Shown here piece after piece: positions 59,399 through 64,000 of a stretch of DNA of 64,000 nucleotides. A program made the translations under genes and the position numbers. The notes below the pieces were generated by a model. That model was not told the origin of the DNA. It worked only from the letters and a program-made list of their open reading frames with translations, and searched no databases. The DNA is from Eledone cirrhosa (taxonomy: Eukaryota), in assembly GCA_964016885.1 (NCBI GenBank), contig OZ024741.1:57474001-57538000 (forward strand), in the 5' to 3' direction. The first letter of the stretch is position 1; each line of letters begins with the position of its first letter.

Positions 59399-59584
59399 TG
59401 TTTCTACTTTTTGGCGTAAGGCCAGCAATTACCCAGTACATTACTGGTACTTTATTTTATCGACCCCGTAAGGATGAAAGGCAAAGTGAACCTCGGCGGG
59501 ATTTGAACTCAGACTGTAAAGGGACGTAACTATTCTAGAAAGCATGGCGTCCGACCCTCTACCGATACTGCCAATCCACCGCCC
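59399..59584 (-). mobile_element. Full-length young tRNA-derived SINE with 13-bp TSD
   Basis: A-box TGGCAGTATCGG, B-box GAGTTCAAATCC, central GCCTTTCATCCTTACGGGGTCGATAAAATAAAGTACCAG, (ATT)n tail. TSD tagtgataataat at 59386-59398 and 59585-59597. Confidence 0.9.
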
Positions 59585-59651
59585 TAGTGATAATAATGGC
59601 TTCTAGTATAGGCACAAGGCCAGCAATTGATAGGAACAGTCTACTTCTTAC

Positions 59652-59726
<75 letters not shown>

Positions 59727-60231
59727 AGACAGATATATAAAGAAAAAATCGGCTCCAATACTGAACTTGTACTTTATTTATCGACCCCGTTTATCTCGAC
59801 GGAATTTGAACATACCTTTTTGCCGAATATTAAATCGATGATAGGCGATTCTTCGGCTTAGGTCTGAGCAATGTAAATAATGACTTCGTTGGAAGCCTTC
59901 CTACATCACAGAGATTGCCGATTTACACAAATATAAAACGTGTAGATGAATGACCTGTTTAGCAACTAGAACAGCAAAAATAAACTGCCGAAGTCATTTA
60001 CATCGTATAGACCCAAGACGAGGGATCGCCAACGATAGCCAGTATTACCTGACTGGTGGTAACTTCATTACATTGACAACCAAAGTTGACTTCGAAGGAA
60101 TTCTGCCATACTGAGAACAATTAACATGTCAAACAGGAAGACTCTCTACCTTGTAGCTCGAATTGCCTCAAACCAGGAGGAACACGTTGCTCAGTTAGGG
60201 TTGACATGAGACTAAATAATATACATGCACC

Positions 60232-60297
60232 TTTGATGAGTTGTAGTGCACCTGAGCACTGTACACAATAATTTCATTATTATTATTATTATTATAA
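60232..60297 (+). mobile_element. Extreme 3' fragment of the same CR1-type LINE family
   Basis: gagttgtagtgcacctgagcactgtacacaataatttca(tta)n matches 44014-44049. Confidence 0.8.
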
Positions 60298-60384
60298 CTA
60301 AATATGAGAGTAAATAACAACAGGTGAACGAGGGAGCATTTATGTGGTGGTTCGACTTATTAGAAATACCAGAAACAGGAATTA

Positions 60385-60595
60385 TACACTATGTATGTAT
60401 GTGTATATATATATATATATGTATATATATACACACACTATGTATGTATGTGTGTGTGTATATATATATACACTATGTATGTATGTGTGTGTATGTATAT
60501 ATGTATATATATATATATACACGTTATGTATGTATGTGTGTGTATATATATATATACACATTATGTATGTATGTGTATATATATATATACATACA

Positions 60596-60649
<54 letters not shown>

Positions 60650-60651
60650 TA

Positions 60652-60687
<36 letters not shown>

Positions 60688-60690
60688 GTT
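60385..60690. repeat. Compound (AT)/(GT)/(ATGT) satellite with a higher-order unit
   Basis: Repeating acactatgtatgtatgtgtg(ta)n blocks. Confidence 0.93.
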
Positions 60691-61416
60691 GTGACTAGAA
60701 CACTTTTGATCATAGGTTTGCTGATTAGGTTTGGCCTGCGGTTAAATAAACAACACAGACTATTAAAAAAATCGAGTCAACGAAAGAGCCTCTGTGGTCA
60801 CTCGACTTGCTAGAAATAGCAGTCAAATCTCTCTCGAACCACATCCTCACCTTATGTTTAGAAATAAAGAGAGGATGACGAAAGAATACTGGTTAATAAT
60901 AGGGTCCTCGAAAGACGGTTGGAATGCGCTTTAATCACATCACAGATCGTCAATCTGGGCTGATTAGAGAGAGGATAAACAACTGACAATTATTATTTTT
61001 TTTTTTTTAAATCCAAATAATAATGGTTTCTGATTTAGGCGCAAGGCCAGCAATCTTGAGGAGGGTGGATAAGCCGGTTAACTCGGCCCCAACATTTTAA
61101 TGATACTCCATTTTATCGATGCCAAAAATATGAAAGGCAACGTTGACCCGAGAAGGATTTGAACTCAGAACGTAAAGAACCATAAGTGAATCTCCCACAA
61201 ACAACAACGATAATAATAATTTCTTTTGTTAGTTACGTGGGCCTAAGACATTGGGGACAATACAAGGACGAAAAACAACACAGGTTTACACCGAGTAAAG
61301 GAAAGAGGACACTGACAAAGGGAAAACAGACATAATAATAACTGTAATAAATTTTGATGACAATACAAAACAACAATAACAATAATTATAATTTTTTGAA
61401 AAACATTTGTACTCAC

Positions 61417-61970
61417 CTTATCTGTCTATATTTTAGGGAGGTGTTAAGGGGGTGAGACAACAAAATACGTGAGATGGAGAGAGAGGACAAGACCTCTCTT
61501 CCTCCTCCCTCTCTCTCTCTCTGTCTTTGTATATGTTTGTTTAACAGAAACAGACCTTCACGGAGAGAGACAGAGAGAAAAAGGGGCAGACGGTGAGATC
61601 AAACCCGAATGAGAATTTTCTGTTGTGAGACGTGAAAATAATGGCTGCTAATTTTGTGACAACAACAGAAAAAAAGAGTATTTCTCTTGGCTGGCTGGTT
61701 AATGTCTGTTACTAAAGTCTGTTATATACATACACACCTCCACAATACCCCAGCCCCGTCTTTTTATGTTCTTTACAGGCAAGATAACCTTCTGGCTTTT
61801 TTCTTGTCCCTTTTTCTTCTGCTTCTCTGCCGTTGGGAGTTCGTATTATGTACGTTTCCTTTCAAGGTAGTTTTGAAAAAATTCCGATATTATACATATC
61901 CGGATGCATTTTGAGGTTTCCTTCTTATTCTCCGTTCCGAAAGGAGGAGGCGGAAGAAGAGAAAAATAAT
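61417..61970 (-). promoter_or_regulatory. Candidate GBF1 first (non-coding) exon and promoter region
   Basis: Perfect AAG|gtgagt donor at 61417, repeat-free and relatively CpG-richer sequence, YY1-like AATGGCTGC near 61640, ETS-like CGGAAG at 61951. TSS position unknown. Confidence 0.45.
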
Positions 61971-62539
61971 AACATTGAAGTGAATTAGTTGATTGAGAAG
62001 TTATATAAGTAATATAAATATATGTAATTATTGCACACCATACTGGTGATAGCCATCTGTGAGACTAAATGACGTGGTGTGTGCCGTCTTGTGATTTTTC
62101 GATGGAGAGTTACACATGGCAAGGGGACATAACTTACTTTTATGCAATACCATTTTCAATGCATAGTGTCTGTGTTGGACCTCCGTCGGTACCAACAACG
62201 AGAGTTCCGTGAAATTAACGTGCAAGTGGCTGAGCATTCCATACACACGTGCACCCTTAATGGAGTCCTCATGGAAATTCAACGGAACACTGTGTAACAA
62301 AGATGGCCAATTACAGGCACAATTGTAATTCAGTGGAGTGGAGCAATATGAAATGTAGTGTCTTGCTCAAATATAGAACGCATCGCCCGGCCTAGGAATC
62401 AAACTCACGATCTCATGATTTCGAAGCGAGCTTATTAATCACTCATGCTCTTACTACCAACTATCCATGTACATTTACTACATACAAAGTCTACCTTTCC
62501 TGTTAGTCAGCTTGCTATCCCATTACACCTCTTGTTTAC

Positions 62540-63000
62540 CTAAGATTTACCTTGTGTGTATCATATAAAGTTTCTACACCTTTTCTACATATCAAGCAAG
62601 GCCATTTCTCTAATGAGATCAGGGTCCTGTCTTCTTTTCTACTTAATAAAACTTTGAGCCGCAGACAGAAATTTTTCTCTGGTTCTTCCACAGATCAAGC
62701 TAGAAGAACCAGATCATCTGCACACAGAAGTATCCATGGACTGCCAGTCATAGACTCCTCTATTATGACCTAGGCTTGCAGTGCTCTCACAAGCAATTCT
62801 TCTACACTTAGTTACCTTAAGGACCACCAGATGACTATTTGTGGTACCCTGTTAAAGTCCTTCTCTAGATCAAGAAAAGCTAGATATAGAGGCTTACTCT
62901 TAGCTGGGAACTTCTCTTGCAGTTGTTTCACAAAGAAGAAGGCAACTGTCATACTCCTCCCTGGCACAATACAAAAATGCATCTTATCTAAAGTGATTCT
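62540..63000 (-). mobile_element. RTE RT remnant
   Basis: Reverse strand resembles LYLAFLDLEKDFNRVP and PWILLCADDLVL. Confidence 0.7.
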
Positions 63001-63224
63001 TTCTCAATTTGTTATATCAGGCCATCTGGATCTGTCCCTAGTGCTATGTTCCAAAACTGTATATTTTAAAGTTTATCTAAAAACTTTCCATCATAATTTT
63101 ATGTAAGAACCTTTTTGTTATATTACTAAATCCCTTGAAGTTCTTGATTATTTTCAAAATGGTTTAAAAATTAAAGGCAGTGTTTTTCATTAGAAATATA
63201 TTAGTGAAATGGTTACATCAAACT

Positions 63225-64000
63225 CTTCTTCTTCTTGTTGGAGTGAATCATGGGAGCAAAGTCCTCAAACAAGCCTTCCAGAAGTTCCTATCAAAAGCAA
63301 TCATCTAATATGGCTGGATCCCCAATCAAATCCAACCGAGTTCGTGGATGTTATCCAACCATCTTACATTCTAACCACATGTCTGTAGTACTGCAGTGCA
63401 AAGCTATGCACCCTGTTGAGTAACATTACTCTAAAGACCCTTCAGAGGAACCCCATTTCAGTCGCTTATATTCATGATCACATTATTTTGGTCATTACCC
63501 AAGATTCATGATCATAGGTAAAGGTAGGCATGAACACTGAATTGAGGATAGTGAGTTTGGCATTTATACCTACCTTCCTTCTTTTGACGACCAAGTACTG
63601 AAGCTGGCACATCAGCTTAATTCAGCATTCTGCTTTCCATCATTCATGAAAATGACCCTGAGACATTTGAATTTCTCCACCAGCTACAGTGTAACACCAT
63701 TCATATGTACAGTGCACAGTGCAAGCTTCCTTGAGAGGACAAGTATCTTAGTCTTCACAGCATTGATTTTCATACCTGGTGTGCAGCACCTGACAACAAA
63801 CTTATCCAGTGCATGTCAGAGATCACCTTCCGGCAAGTTAAGTAATACCATGTCATCTGCAAATTCCAGCTGACTACACCTACCAGTCTTGATACCATTT
63901 CCAACCTGGTTGACATGTCAATCCCATCCATGAAGATTATGAACAGGAGAGGTGACAGTCAATACTCCTGGCAGAGTCCAACACCCACATAGAATGGTTT
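63225..64000 (-). mobile_element. Decayed RTE-like RT remnant running off the window end
   Basis: Reverse strand [12 protein letters not shown]...EFADDMVLL...VEKFKCLRVIF; (GAA)n-like tail near 63225. Confidence 0.65.

Noticed and set aside
59399-59584. A-box and B-box suggesting a tRNA gene
   Set aside because: No cloverleaf; the sequence continues into a SINE body with tail and TSD and is multi-copy.
60324-60813. Overlapping ORFs rich in Y, I, C, V and M
   Set aside because: Translations of AT/GT microsatellite; the same applies to the ORFs at 31729-32192 and 47483-47696.

Overview
AT-rich, repeat-dense animal genomic DNA. The SINE tails, RTE and CR1 LINEs and microsatellites look like an octopus or other coleoid cephalopod, but the taxon is my inference. 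The window holds the 5' part of one large minus-strand gene, GBF1 (large Arf-GEF). I reconstructed 20 GT-AG coding exons from the ATG at 45064 to 426; they splice in a consistent phase into 1020 codons covering DCB, HUS (NYDCD box), the Sec7 domain (FRLPGE) and the start of the post-Sec7 region, and the gene runs off the left edge. There is also a candidate 18-nt microexon and two candidate 5' UTR exons (55474-55621 and one with its donor at 61417). The introns are packed with mobile DNA: a near-intact two-ORF CR1-type LINE antisense to GBF1 (about 39111-44050) with a young truncated copy, decayed RTE, R4/Dong-like, CRE-like and old CR1 LINEs, mariner, hAT, pogo/Tc2 and piggyBac-like non-autonomous elements, and several tRNA-derived SINE families. 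The most interesting signals are: a canonical G_GGA_AAC slippery heptamer directly before the LINE ORF1 stop, with an AUG-less ORF2 in the -1 frame (candidate ribosomal frameshifting in a LINE); a frame break splitting the ORF1 PHD finger; a 53-bp intronic hairpin beside a splice donor; hammerhead-ribozyme-like motifs; a PHD-like finger inside RTE reverse transcriptases; and independent SINE insertions at the same site of two MITE copies. Everything was read by eye with no alignments or searches, so repeat boundaries are approximate.
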